From Bacteroidetes bacterium UBA7688 (GTDB lineage: Bacteria > Bacteroidota > Bacteroidia > Chitinophagales > Chitinophagaceae), in NCBI GenBank assembly GCA_002482815.1, contig DLGS01000364.1:1-44327 (forward strand): a stretch of DNA of 44,327 nucleotides, given 5' to 3'. The notes beneath the pieces are model-generated. The model did not search any database, was not told the DNA's origin, and saw only the letters and a program-made list of their open reading frames with translations. Shown piece after piece: positions 1 to 8,839 of the stretch. The position numbers and the translations under genes were made by a program. Each line of letters begins with the position of its first letter. Position 1 is the first letter of the stretch.

Positions 1-303
1 CAGATCAGCACTGCGCACACCAAAGGCACTGTAGAGACGCTCGTCCAGATTTTTGGCCACGCCAAAGCCCCTCACAACCGGCGATACAAAAATGCACAAT
101 GCCACAACTGTAATCACCGCCGCCGGCACTTTATAAGTAGTGGTCTTGTATATCCATAGCAACAACAGCATACACCCTATAGACCATACCCATGGAAACT
201 CCGACACCGCAATGGCCGGATACCAGGCCTGCCTTGCCGGTATAGGCAATACCGCCAGCAGCGAAAACAGGAATAATAAAATGGCAAGAATCAGACGAAG
301 CAT
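1..303 (-). CDS. N-terminal part of a membrane-anchored protein that runs off the window edge (possibly an alpha/beta hydrolase)
   Basis: Not in the ORF track. ATG at 303 opens a stop-free frame to base 1: MLRLILAILLFLFSLLAVLPIPARQAWYPAIAVSEFPWVWSIGCMLLLLWIYK..., with three hydrophobic segments. The product guess is weak because no catalytic domain is visible. Confidence 0.7.
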   Translation of the reverse strand, partial: MLRLILAILLFLFSLLAVLPIPARQAWYPAIAVSEFPWVWSIGCMLLLLWIYKTTTYKVPAAVITVVALCIFVSPVVRGFGVAKNLDERLYSAFGVRSADL

Positions 304-387
304 ATTGTATGGTTTTAGCTATATGCTTATGTACGGTAAAAGGGGAGGGAAAGACTGTAGAGGTCTTAAAGATTAGTGTAGATGGTT

Positions 388-699
388 TTATTTCATACCT
401 ATTGAATGAATAAATGCACCAATTGTTCTGGTGTCAGTTGGCAAATCTGAAGTACAAGAAACCCCAAAAAATTCGTGGAAAGGGTGATCTAACTCTGTAT
501 CATAACTATCAAAAAATAATGGCGGTAAGTGAAAACTATTATGGTCGAAAAATTCTCCTTCAACCAGATGTTTTCTTATACAAAATTCAATGCTTGCCAA
601 TGAAAGTTCTTCAGGATTACAGAATACAATGCCACCATATTGTTTATAGTTTGCAGCATCTCTGTAGCGGTATTCAAATTTGATGTTTTCACCTTTCAT
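388..699 (-). CDS. Small hypothetical protein (YRYRDAANYK ... DHPFHEF motifs)
   Basis: 103 aa ORF with an ATG start, co-oriented downstream of the helicase. It has protein-like composition and resembles an uncharacterised Bacteroidota family. Confidence 0.75.
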   Translation of the reverse strand: MKGENIKFEYRYRDAANYKQYGGIVFCNPEELSLASIEFCIRKHLVEGEFFDHNSFHLPPLFFDSYDTELDHPFHEFFGVSCTSDLPTDTRTIGAFIHSIGMK

Positions 700-703
700 T
701 CTA

Positions 704-759
704 TTGCAAAAATGAAATAAGCCAATGAAAGTACATTGGCCTATGAGTCACGTTTGCAA
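704..759 (-). terminator. Long imperfect hairpin after the helicase gene, probable terminator
   Basis: Core GCCAATG-N6-CATTGGC (721-740), extended by TTGCAAA (704-710) and TTTGCAA (753-759). On the minus strand the core is followed by TTATTTCATTTTT. Confidence 0.5.
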
Positions 760-764
760 AATTT

Positions 765-3700
765 TTATAATGCTAATTTAGCAGAGTCTTTCCACAAGAA
801 ATGAGGAATTGGCTCATTGAGTTCCCAATTAATACTCATTGGTTTTGACCCATAATGATCTTTAATTTCTCCTTCCCCGATGAATACATATCCCAATGTG
901 TTTTGGAATTGGTCTTTATTCTTTTCTCTAACAAACAAAAGAATTCGCTTATTGATCTCTTTGTGGTTTATGTAAGATATTCCTTTCCCAGATTCAGGAC
1001 TGGTGGCGTTCTGACTTTGCCAATGAAACAATAATTCATTTACAGCATAGTCGTCATACATAGTTGTCGGGGAAAAATTTTCTTCTGACTTTATTAGATC
1101 TATAAAAAGCAGTTCAGTATTTATTTCTTTATTTTCCGCAACGCCAACACCAATTCTATTAGAAGACGTTTTATCAAAAGTGTTCATTCTAAATGCCACA
1201 AGAATCTGATCTCTAGTATATCTTGAATGGACTTTTAATGGTTGTGCATATGGCAGATTTATTTCTAATTCTTTGAAATCAATCTTATCAATGAGGATTT
1301 CTAAAACTTCTATAATTTCAGCTACAAGAATTGAGTTTTTGCCAATCGCAGCAATACTTTCCTCTAATGAATTAAAACCGCCTGCCGTTTGCCATACGTC
1401 ATAATGAAGCATAAGCAGCATAGATTTTTCAATCTCATTGAAGTCTGAAATTTTAATTTCAAAATTTTGTTTGGCAACTTGGAGTATAAATGTGAAATAG
1501 CTTAAAGACGCAGTAGAGAGCCACTTTTTACTGATTGCTGAAACAATTTCTTTTTCATTTATACTCTCAAAATTATTAATCTTGCCTGCTATTTGACATA
1601 ACCTTGACCAGCTATCTTTTTTAAAGATGGTTTGAATCGGAATATTATTGAACTCAATAAAGTTCCGAAGGCTTAAAGGCAAAGTTGTGTGATTATCAAA
1701 TTGTTTGATTTTTTGAATAATCTGATTTCTATTTAATGACGTAGCATTGATGATATTCTTTAAAATCGATTCTTTGGCTTTTTGTTCTAAAATTATTGAA
1801 CAGCCCAATGGAAGATGAGGAAAGTCGTCTTCAAGTTCTTTCCTTACCGTTGTAGAAGTCTTCCCTATTAAAACACGGAATTTATTTTCAAAATTGTATT
1901 CCGGTCTTGCATTTCCTACAAAATCTAAAACAGTCAAAGAATCTTTATTGTCAGCTAATCTAAGTCCTCTGCCTAATTGTTGAAGGAAGACTGTAAGACT
2001 TTCTGTTGGTCTTAAAAATAAAACTGTATCGATTTCAGGAATGTCTACACCCTCATTAAATATATCAACAACAAATAGATAATTGATTTCCTTGTCAATT
2101 AGTTGTTTCCTTATTTTATCTCTATTTTGAGAACTCTCACTGGTCAAGTAATCCGCTTTCAAACCTGCAAGCAAAAATTTCTCAGCCATAAATTTTGCGT
2201 GTTCCATCGACGCACAAAATCCTAACGCTCGTAAGTCTGTAGGATCTTTAGTGTATTTTTTTAAGTTGGAAATAATCTCTCCAACTCTTCTGTCGTTTGA
2301 TGTGTATAGCTTAGTTAATTCACTTGCCACATAATGACCTTTTTCCCAATTTACATTTGTTAGATCAATGCTATCTGAAATGCCGAAATATTGAAATGGA
2401 CAAAGCAATTTTTTGTTCAAGGCTTCTGGCAATCTAATTTCTGCAGCAATTCTATTGCAAAAATCTTCTTTAATATCGCCTTCATCCATTCTTTCAGGAG
2501 TTGCGGTAAGTCCAAGAAGAACCTTTGGTTTAAAGTAATTAATTACTGCTCGATAACTGTTTGCTGTTTGATGGTGACATTCATCGATAATGATGTAATC
2601 ATAGTATTCTGGGCTAAGTTTTAGACCCTTAATTTGATTATTCATTGTTTGTACTGAAGCAAATACAAACTCATAATTATCTGGTACTAGTCCGTCAACC
2701 CACAATTCTCCAAAATTATTATCCTTAAGAATTCCCTTAAAAGTAGAAATTGATTGAGTAAGAATTTCCTTTCTATGCGCTAGAAAAAGCAGTTTAGACG
2801 ATTTGTTTTCTTGTCTAAATTTTTTATAGTCAAAAGCCGAGATAACGGTTTTTCCAGTTCCCGTTGCTGCGACGAGTAAATTCCTATTTCTACTATGAAC
2901 ATTCCTTTCTACTTCAAGTTTTTCTAAAATTTCACTTTGATAAGGGAATGGTTTAACATCAAACTGAGCTGCATTTATTACGTAACCTTTCGCGAATTTT
3001 CCTTCTTTTAAAGCGTCAGTTAGTTTTACTGTATGAATCGTCTCGTCAAATAATTCAAAGTCGTTACTCAACCAATAAGTTTCAAATGTTTTTTGGAACT
3101 TTTCAATGATATGGCTCACTTCTTTTGTCGTCACTTTTAAATTCCACTCCAAACCATCAGTGAGAGCGGATCGAGAAAAATTTGAAGAGCCAATGTAGCC
3201 TGTATGGTAGCCAGAATTTCTGTGAAATAAATAAGCCTTTGCGTGAAGTCTTTCATTTCCTGTATTATAAGAAATCTTCACTTCAGTATTTTTAAAACTT
3301 GATAGCAATTGAATTGCCTTGAAATCCGAAGCCCCCATATAAGTAGTGGTAATTACTCTCAGCTTTCCCCCTCTATTCGTGAACTCCCTCAACTCTTTCT
3401 CAAGTATTATAATTCCTTTGAACTTTATAAATGAAACAAGAAGATCAATTTTGTCTGAGGATAAGATTTCTTTTCGTAGTTCGCTTTCTAGGGAAAGTCC
3501 AACATTGCCACCAGTAAACAGTTCACTATGGGTTAGTCTAGTATATGGGGTTATTTCTTTTAAGTGTAAATCTAAATCTGAGAAGTGGTTGTCGATTTTA
3601 GAAAAAACGGCCTTTAAAATTTTTCCTTCAACATTTACCAAGTCGTCATCAAAACTTTCATCAATTATTACTTCTTTGAGGAACCTAATAATTTTATTAG

Positions 3701-3908
3701 CAATCTCAATTTGAGTTTCAACCTGGTGTTCCCCTTTAATTGAGTTTAAAGCAAGCTTAATCGTTTTTGACAAATGATTAGACAGAATTGTAGCAGCCTC
3801 TTCTTTATCAATATTTGCTTCCTTTATAAAATAGAATTCCTTATCCAAGGATTCAATATGCCTTGAAACAACTTGTGTTACTAACTCTTCATAAATACCT
3901 TGGATCAT
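765..3908 (-). CDS. SauUSI-like PLD nuclease + SF2 (DEAD/DEAH) helicase + DUF3427 protein; putative modification-dependent (type IV) restriction enzyme
   Basis: PLD motif LHAKAYLF...YIGSSNFS, Walker A AATGTGKT, DECH box IIIDECHH, motif III GLTATPERMD, motif VI QQLGRGLR and a C-terminal YDDYAVNELLFHWQSQN segment typical of DUF3427. 1047 aa. Confidence 0.88.
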   Translation of the reverse strand: MIQGIYEELVTQVVSRHIESLDKEFYFIKEANIDKEEAATILSNHLSKTIKLALNSIKGEHQVETQIEIANKIIRFLKEVIIDESFDDDLVNVEGKILKAVFSKIDNHFSDLDLHLKEITPYTRLTHSELFTGGNVGLSLESELRKEILSSDKIDLLVSFIKFKGIIILEKELREFTNRGGKLRVITTTYMGASDFKAIQLLSSFKNTEVKISYNTGNERLHAKAYLFHRNSGYHTGYIGSSNFSRSALTDGLEWNLKVTTKEVSHIIEKFQKTFETYWLSNDFELFDETIHTVKLTDALKEGKFAKGYVINAAQFDVKPFPYQSEILEKLEVERNVHSRNRNLLVAATGTGKTVISAFDYKKFRQENKSSKLLFLAHRKEILTQSISTFKGILKDNNFGELWVDGLVPDNYEFVFASVQTMNNQIKGLKLSPEYYDYIIIDECHHQTANSYRAVINYFKPKVLLGLTATPERMDEGDIKEDFCNRIAAEIRLPEALNKKLLCPFQYFGISDSIDLTNVNWEKGHYVASELTKLYTSNDRRVGEIISNLKKYTKDPTDLRALGFCASMEHAKFMAEKFLLAGLKADYLTSESSQNRDKIRKQLIDKEINYLFVVDIFNEGVDIPEIDTVLFLRPTESLTVFLQQLGRGLRLADNKDSLTVLDFVGNARPEYNFENKFRVLIGKTSTTVRKELEDDFPHLPLGCSIILEQKAKESILKNIINATSLNRNQIIQKIKQFDNHTTLPLSLRNFIEFNNIPIQTIFKKDSWSRLCQIAGKINNFESINEKEIVSAISKKWLSTASLSYFTFILQVAKQNFEIKISDFNEIEKSMLLMLHYDVWQTAGGFNSLEESIAAIGKNSILVAEIIEVLEILIDKIDFKELEINLPYAQPLKVHSRYTRDQILVAFRMNTFDKTSSNRIGVGVAENKEINTELLFIDLIKSEENFSPTTMYDDYAVNELLFHWQSQNATSPESGKGISYINHKEINKRILLFVREKNKDQFQNTLGYVFIGEGEIKDHYGSKPMSINWELNEPIPHFLWKDSAKLAL

Positions 3909-4285
3909 AAACTCAAAAATTCGTGCACTATTGGAATATCTGCTTCAGCCCAATCTAAGTTTAATAACTCTGATCTGTCTAGCATTTTGTATTGTTTGTG
4001 CTCAGTTAAATTAATTTGACCCGAAACATAGTTTGCAATGAATGGTATGAGCTTTATTGAAAAGCTTCCATAGTCAAAAATGCTATCGTTTAGTCTTTTG
4101 CTTATTTCAATGTTTATTGATAATTCTTCTTGAATTTCTCTTTTTATGCAATCAATTTCTGATTCCCCCTCTTTCAACTTGCCACCAGGAAACTCCCATT
4201 TTAATGGCAATTTCATCAGCTCACTTCTCTGAGTAACTAATATTTTCCCTTCTATAATAATAATTGCACAGGTTACATTAATCAT
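3905..4285 (-). CDS. Nudix (MutT-like) (d)NTP pyrophosphohydrolase
   Basis: Nudix box WEFPGGKLKEGESEIDCIKREIQEEL and C-terminal WAEADIP. The stop overlaps the helicase start (ATGA at 3905-3908). Confidence 0.92.
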   Translation of the reverse strand: MINVTCAIIIIEGKILVTQRSELMKLPLKWEFPGGKLKEGESEIDCIKREIQEELSINIEISKRLNDSIFDYGSFSIKLIPFIANYVSGQINLTEHKQYKMLDRSELLNLDWAEADIPIVHEFLSL

Positions 4286-4309
4286 ATGACTACGACTTTC
4301 ATATTGTCA

Positions 4310-4498
4310 TTACTTAATATCCTCATCCGCCACCATTACAAATTCATATTTGCAACTAGCGGAAGGACATTGATGAACTTCTGTTTTATCCTTTGTATGA
4401 GAAAAGTCTACTGTAACTTCTGACCTTGACCCGCATATGGGACAAGTAGTGGGTTGATCTGAATAAGTATAGACTTGAGAATAATTCGTCATGGGCAT
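4310..4498 (-). CDS. Small zinc-finger protein, Ogr/Delta-like
   Basis: CPIC-x21-CPSASC with HQC-x4-C-x3-F. The start is uncertain (ATG 4492, ATG 4498 or GTG 4522). Confidence 0.65.
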   Translation of the reverse strand: MPMTNYSQVYTYSDQPTTCPICGSRSEVTVDFSHTKDKTEVHQCPSASCKYEFVMVADEDIK

Positions 4499-4661
4499 TG
4501 CAATGTCGGAAATAAATATCACTTAATGAATGATTGTTTTCTCCTCGTTTCGGTATCGTGCACATCTGCCATAGCCCAAATATAAATCAAATGCTTTAAA
4601 GCTGACATGTATCGCTTTTGTTTTATTATCAAGTGATTATATCATTTTTCAGGCTGCTGTC

Positions 4662-4792
4662 GCCTATGGTTTAGGTAGGCGTGCCTAACCTTTTATATAA
4701 GCTGGCCTATCGGTTTGGCTAAGTCTGCCTGTTGTCTGCAGCAGGCGCGCCTGTGGTTTTGGCAGGCGCGCCTGCGGTTTAGTTAGGCGCCT
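4662..4792. repeat. Degenerate palindromic tandem repeat, about 6-7 units of 19-22 bp (GCCT...AGGC)
   Basis: GCCT recurs at 4662, 4683, 4705, 4727, 4749, 4770 and 4789. Four units close with AGGC. CAGGCGCGCCTG occurs twice, with a perfect 14-bp palindrome at 4762-4775. Confidence 0.75.
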
Positions 4793-4800
4793 TTCCGGCA

Positions 4801-5493
4801 TTAATCAGCAGCAGAAACCGTTTTCGCAAATTTTTCTACCCCTACGGTAAAACCAAGATGGAAAGTAGGGAGTGCTTGCGCCTCAAGATCATTCCTTCTG
4901 GGTTGCGACACACCATTCGAAGTCTTTTTTCCCCAATCGTGATGAAATTTTGCCCGTACGCCCAGTCCTGTATACAAACTGAGTACGGGTCTGGTAGTGC
5001 CGGTATGACCCAGATAGTAGGTTTTGCCCAGCAATACTTTTATTCCCACCACTTCTACATTATATTGACTTTTGGACACAATATGGTCGCCAAGATAATC
5101 GGTATAATCATTCCTCGAATTAAGCCACCAATGGCGTACAAAAGCCTGGAAGTCCCAATACCATGTGCGCCGGGCAGAAAAGAATGACTTGGTGTTGATA
5201 CCTGCCAATACACCCTGGTATTCTATATCGAGATGGGTATGTTCGATAATGCCCTCCCATCCTACCTCTTCGGATTCGGTGAGTCCTTTAAAGCGATAGC
5301 CTAGCAGCAGGCCTACAGAGCTTTTCGGTTTTATTTTTTCGACATTGATAATCAGTTCCGAAACCAGAAATTGCGTCGGCAGGGTGGTGATCCTGTAGCG
5401 GGGAAGCGGTTCCGGTGTAGTATTCTCCTGTGCCCATACACCAAGCGGCTTCGACAGGCAAAGAAAGAGCAGAGGCAGCAGTATGTTTTTCAA
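4801..5493 (-). CDS. Secreted/outer-membrane hypothetical protein (DUF3575-like small beta-barrel)
   Basis: TTG start, Sec signal peptide MKNILLPLLFLCLSKPLGVWAQ, and amphipathic beta-strands (LSLYTGLGVRAK, PTFHLGFTVGV). Confidence 0.65.
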   Translation of the reverse strand: MKNILLPLLFLCLSKPLGVWAQENTTPEPLPRYRITTLPTQFLVSELIINVEKIKPKSSVGLLLGYRFKGLTESEEVGWEGIIEHTHLDIEYQGVLAGINTKSFFSARRTWYWDFQAFVRHWWLNSRNDYTDYLGDHIVSKSQYNVEVVGIKVLLGKTYYLGHTGTTRPVLSLYTGLGVRAKFHHDWGKKTSNGVSQPRRNDLEAQALPTFHLGFTVGVEKFAKTVSAAD

Positions 5494-5664
5494 AGCGTTT
5501 GATGTTCGTGTTAGGGTATTGAAATAAAAGAAGAGAGGTAAAAGGTATGATTATTCACGTATCGGCACCCATGTTTTTTGATGGCTTATAGAAAAGGTTT
5601 TCAATACATACGGTTTTCGCGTGCATGATGTAAAGAAAAGGAAACGCAACGAAAGAGGGACTTG

Positions 5665-7140
5665 TTATTTCACCACCGCCAGGCGCACATATTCAGTCGA
5701 CAGCAAAGATGAAACTGCAAGGGTATAAATGCCCGGAGGCAAGATGCTTGTATTGATAGAGATGGATTGCGTTCCTGCAGGATATGCTTGTGCCGCCTGT
5801 TGCCAGACTATTTTTCCCATCATATCTATTATCCTCACGCTGATGTTTTGTTTTTCGCTCAGCACAAATTCCAGCGTTGTCTGGTTGCCGGCCGGGTTGG
5901 GATTCAGCCGGCATTCACTTGCTGCTGCATTGGTGTTGTCTTTAATTTTGGTGCTCACAGGGTCGGCATTGACCACGCAAACATTCGCACACTTTTTGCA
6001 GGATTTGCCATCAGGCATGGTTTGTGTCAGGCATGGGGAATAGCTTCCTTCATTGTAGCGTTGCCTGCTGAAAAAATGGTTGCTGTGACCATTGCCCCAT
6101 TCATAGAAATAAACTGAACCGGAACGCTCGCTCTGGATAAACATTTCGGCATAATGATTTTCGTTGAGTGGCCTGTTGGTTGCCGAGGTGATTTTCCACA
6201 GGAAATTGGCATTGCAGGTGTCTTCCGGTCCTGCAGTCATTTCGGGTTCCGGCTGTCCCGCCACACAGACACCAATGCTGCTTTTGCATTTGGCACCGTC
6301 AGCTGTCGTCTCCGTAATACTCATTCTGTAAGTGCCGGGTTCGTAAGGATGGTAGACAGGCGTGCCCGAATGATTAAAATCGCCCCAGTCAAAATCATAA
6401 GCAGAGCCTTTGTGATATGCCAGCAATTGAGCATAAGCATGATGGTGGAGCGGATGTCCCACATCGGAAGCCACGTGGAGAGACAATTCGAACTGGGCAT
6501 TGCAACTGCGTGAAAAAGAATCCCGGCAATTTGAAACACAAATATTGTCCAGTCTTACATCTTCCGTTGTAACACCCGAACCAACAACGTCAATAACAAA
6601 GGAAATTCTGATTCCGCTATCCATGATATAATTAAACTCTGTTGGCTTGTATCCATTCGGATTCCAGCGGCCATATTTATTGGAAGGGAATGTTAACCAG
6701 GCAGGATCAGCATGGGCAATCGGGGCACTGATATGCACCCAGTCTTTGCCCTCGGAAACAGTGGCGAAGGCTTCGAACATAATGGTACGTCCCAGGATAT
6801 CCGAAACATACAAAACCGGATGAAAAGATTCGGTAATACCGGATTTTCCATCATTGGTCACATTGTAGTCGAAACTGATGCAATGGTCGGGAAATCTGGC
6901 GCCGAGGTGTTGGTAATCGATCTCATTTTCAAATGTGGATGTCGTATGGTTATCCCTGATAGATACCGCAGGGCTGAGGTCCAGCGGATTGACAACTGAG
7001 GTTTCAATTTTGTTTAAGTAGCAATTGATGAGTTGCCAGTTTCCGATGCCCGGAGCATTAAAATCCGAACAGGGGAAATCCTGCGCAGAAGCCGGCAGGA
7101 TGACGGAAAAATATAAAAGGAGGATATAGATTTTTTTCAT
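5665..7140 (-). CDS. T9SS type A sorting domain-containing protein, Cys-rich, with two PKD-like repeats
   Basis: Signal peptide MKKIYILLLYFSVILPASAQ (ATG 7140 preferred over 7170). Two repeats of CNAxF...YxF/YxWG...Y...GxY...DGxxC. CTD LNPNPAGNQ...IIDMMGKIV...LPPGIYTL. Confidence 0.85.
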   Translation of the reverse strand: MKKIYILLLYFSVILPASAQDFPCSDFNAPGIGNWQLINCYLNKIETSVVNPLDLSPAVSIRDNHTTSTFENEIDYQHLGARFPDHCISFDYNVTNDGKSGITESFHPVLYVSDILGRTIMFEAFATVSEGKDWVHISAPIAHADPAWLTFPSNKYGRWNPNGYKPTEFNYIMDSGIRISFVIDVVGSGVTTEDVRLDNICVSNCRDSFSRSCNAQFELSLHVASDVGHPLHHHAYAQLLAYHKGSAYDFDWGDFNHSGTPVYHPYEPGTYRMSITETTADGAKCKSSIGVCVAGQPEPEMTAGPEDTCNANFLWKITSATNRPLNENHYAEMFIQSERSGSVYFYEWGNGHSNHFFSRQRYNEGSYSPCLTQTMPDGKSCKKCANVCVVNADPVSTKIKDNTNAAASECRLNPNPAGNQTTLEFVLSEKQNISVRIIDMMGKIVWQQAAQAYPAGTQSISINTSILPPGIYTLAVSSLLSTEYVRLAVVK

Positions 7141-7242
7141 GTTTCGGTATAGGGGGAAAATAATGACCAATCAAATCTATTGAAAAAAATATTTATATCA
7201 AAATAAATGGTGTGATTATTTTAACCGCTGACAGGCCTCATG

Positions 7243-7278
7243 CAAAAAGCAGCCACCTGAAAAGATGACTGCTTTTTG
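7243..7278 (-). terminator. Intrinsic terminator
   Basis: Minus strand AAAAAGCAGTCATCT-TTTC-AGGTGGCTGCTTTTT (stem with G-U pairs), about 20 nt after the stop at 7301. Confidence 0.8.
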
Positions 7279-7300
7279 TAAAAATTAAATTCAGAAAAGC

Positions 7301-8716
7301 TTAGTGGGCAACAATAATTTGTCTCGCTACCTGAGCGCCTTTAGTACCAATCAGCTGGATAAAATAATTACCCGAAGGAATATTGGCAACAGAAATATTT
7401 TCATCCAGTTGTTTTGTATCGGGATAAGATGCTGATAAAAGGATCCTGCCTTGTAAATCGTAAATAGAAAGCGACATGTTTTGCGCTGTGTTTAATTTCA
7501 TCTCTATCCGGAAGGCATCTTTTGCAGGCATAGGATAGAGTTTCAGTGCCTGAGAACCGGCCTCTTCTTTAATGCTTGCCGGTGTAAACTCTTCGTAATA
7601 AAACTGGCGCTCATAGTTGAAGACAGAATGTTCCCAGGTATGGCTGTCTTCTCCCCAATCTTCCGTGCGCTCATTCAGCAATTGCTGGTGGCTGTTGTAG
7701 TCATACAGGGTGTGGCGCAGCTGGTAAAAGATGGATGTGGATGGATCTTTGTATCCTTCAATGGCCTCGATGCGCTTTTTGGCCGTATTGTATTTATAAA
7801 TGTAATAGCTGCCCGTCTCCCACACTTTGTCGAAGCTGTTCCAGGTTTCTGATTCTTCATCCGTAAGGTTGTTGGCAGCATTATAGGTATAGCTCGTGCG
7901 TGCGTAATTGTATAATGCTTTTGTGATAGGATCCCAGAAAAAAGTGTGTTCCTTAATGAGGTTATCTTTTGCAGCATCATATGTCAGAACAGTGTGCATA
8001 GAGGTATCCCATTTGCCGGAAGCGCCGTTCCAGTTAAAATAGGTAAGACTTGCCACTTTGTTGGTAGCAGTGTAGGAATACACATATCTGTTTGCATTAC
8101 GCCACGAAGAAGAAGCCCAGGATAGGCTGGTGATGGTATCCGGCAGGGCTGCAGCGTTATAATGATTGATCGTCTTTTCATGATTACTCCAGTCTATGCC
8201 ATCCCAGGTGGTGGCGCTGTCAGTCAGCATCTGGCCCGCAGTGTTGTAGGTGTAGATGCTGCTTTCGTTGGGTTCGTACACCGAAGCAAAGGAATTCCAC
8301 CGGTATAAGGTTTGGCGGGTAATATTGTCGGCAGCATCAAACAGGTTTGTTTCAAGAGCATAGCGGGTAACGGTTCCAAAGCTGACTTCATAGATAGTCA
8401 GGCTGTCCGATTTTATCGGTTCAGATGAAGGGTCTCCAACACGCTCGCCGGAATACTTGTAGAAAAAAGAATCGGTGAGCTGATATTCGAAGCCATTATG
8501 CTGACTGTAGGCTTCTGCAATCACTCTTGACTGTAAAGCGGTTGTCTTTGCCGTAGACCGTTCTTTTATGCTGTGCGGTTTTTTTGCTTCGGCCAGGTGC
8601 CTGTAATAAGCGGCTACTTCGGGTTGGCTATAGCCTGGCAGGGCCTGTGCCGCAACGGAGCCGGCAGCTAATGTTAAGAGAACTATACTTGTTAAAGACA
8701 ATTCTTTAATGTTCAT
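7301..8716 (-). CDS. T9SS type A sorting domain-containing protein with YxY-D/N...W beta-hairpin repeats (DUF3836/YD-like)
   Basis: Signal peptide, ~30 aa repeats (YTYNTAGQ...W...W), and CTD LYPMPAKD...IYDLQGR...IPSGNYFIQL. Confidence 0.88.
   Translation of the reverse strand: MNIKELSLTSIVLLTLAAGSVAAQALPGYSQPEVAAYYRHLAEAKKPHSIKERSTAKTTALQSRVIAEAYSQHNGFEYQLTDSFFYKYSGERVGDPSSEPIKSDSLTIYEVSFGTVTRYALETNLFDAADNITRQTLYRWNSFASVYEPNESSIYTYNTAGQMLTDSATTWDGIDWSNHEKTINHYNAAALPDTITSLSWASSSWRNANRYVYSYTATNKVASLTYFNWNGASGKWDTSMHTVLTYDAAKDNLIKEHTFFWDPITKALYNYARTSYTYNAANNLTDEESETWNSFDKVWETGSYYIYKYNTAKKRIEAIEGYKDPSTSIFYQLRHTLYDYNSHQQLLNERTEDWGEDSHTWEHSVFNYERQFYYEEFTPASIKEEAGSQALKLYPMPAKDAFRIEMKLNTAQNMSLSIYDLQGRILLSASYPDTKQLDENISVANIPSGNYFIQLIGTKGAQVARQIIVAH
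7302..7397. repeat. Direct repeat copy 1 (3' end of T9SS gene)
   Basis: 96 nt matching 8841-8936 with 6 mismatches by hand alignment. Confidence 0.9.
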
Positions 8717-8735
8717 AATGAATGTGTTTTGTGCG

Positions 8736-8743
8736 CAAAAATA
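8736..8743 (-). promoter_or_regulatory. Bacteroidota -7 promoter element (TATTTTTG)
   Basis: Matches TAnnTTTG, 19 nt upstream of the ATG at 8716. Confidence 0.55.
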
Positions 8744-8783
8744 AAGAAATTTAGCTTATGGACTAAAGCGATTATTACCGGCA

Positions 8784-8817
8784 CAAAAAAAGCACCTGCA
8801 AAAACAGGTGCTTTTTG
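8784..8817 (-). terminator. Intrinsic terminator
   Basis: AAAAAGCACCTG-CAAAAA-CAGGTGCTTTTT perfect stem with A/T tails, about 20 nt after the stop at 8840. Confidence 0.85.
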
Positions 8818-8839
8818 TATTGAAAATAATTAGAAAAAC

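Larger units (their letters stand above)
388..4650. other. AT-rich accessory (defence) islet
   Basis: Visibly more AT-rich than 1-300 and 4801-10291 (line 1441-1500 is 15/60 G+C by hand count). It holds four co-oriented genes including a restriction-like nuclease-helicase. No integrase was seen and the boundaries are approximate. Confidence 0.6.

Noticed and set aside
140-376. 78 aa plus-strand ORF
   Set aside because: It is the antisense shadow of a better minus-strand membrane-protein frame (303 to the window edge).
704-759. Possible integron attC site
   Set aside because: It is a bulged hairpin but lacks RYYYAAC/GTTRRRY ends, has no second copy, and no integrase is present.
4519-4608. 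29-codon minus-strand ORF (MSALKHLIYIWAM...) upstream of the zinc finger
   Set aside because: Too short, with no motif or other support.
4662-4792. Possible CRISPR array
   Set aside because: The period is only about 21-22 bp, there is no constant 23-47 bp repeat with unique spacers, and there are no cas genes in the window.
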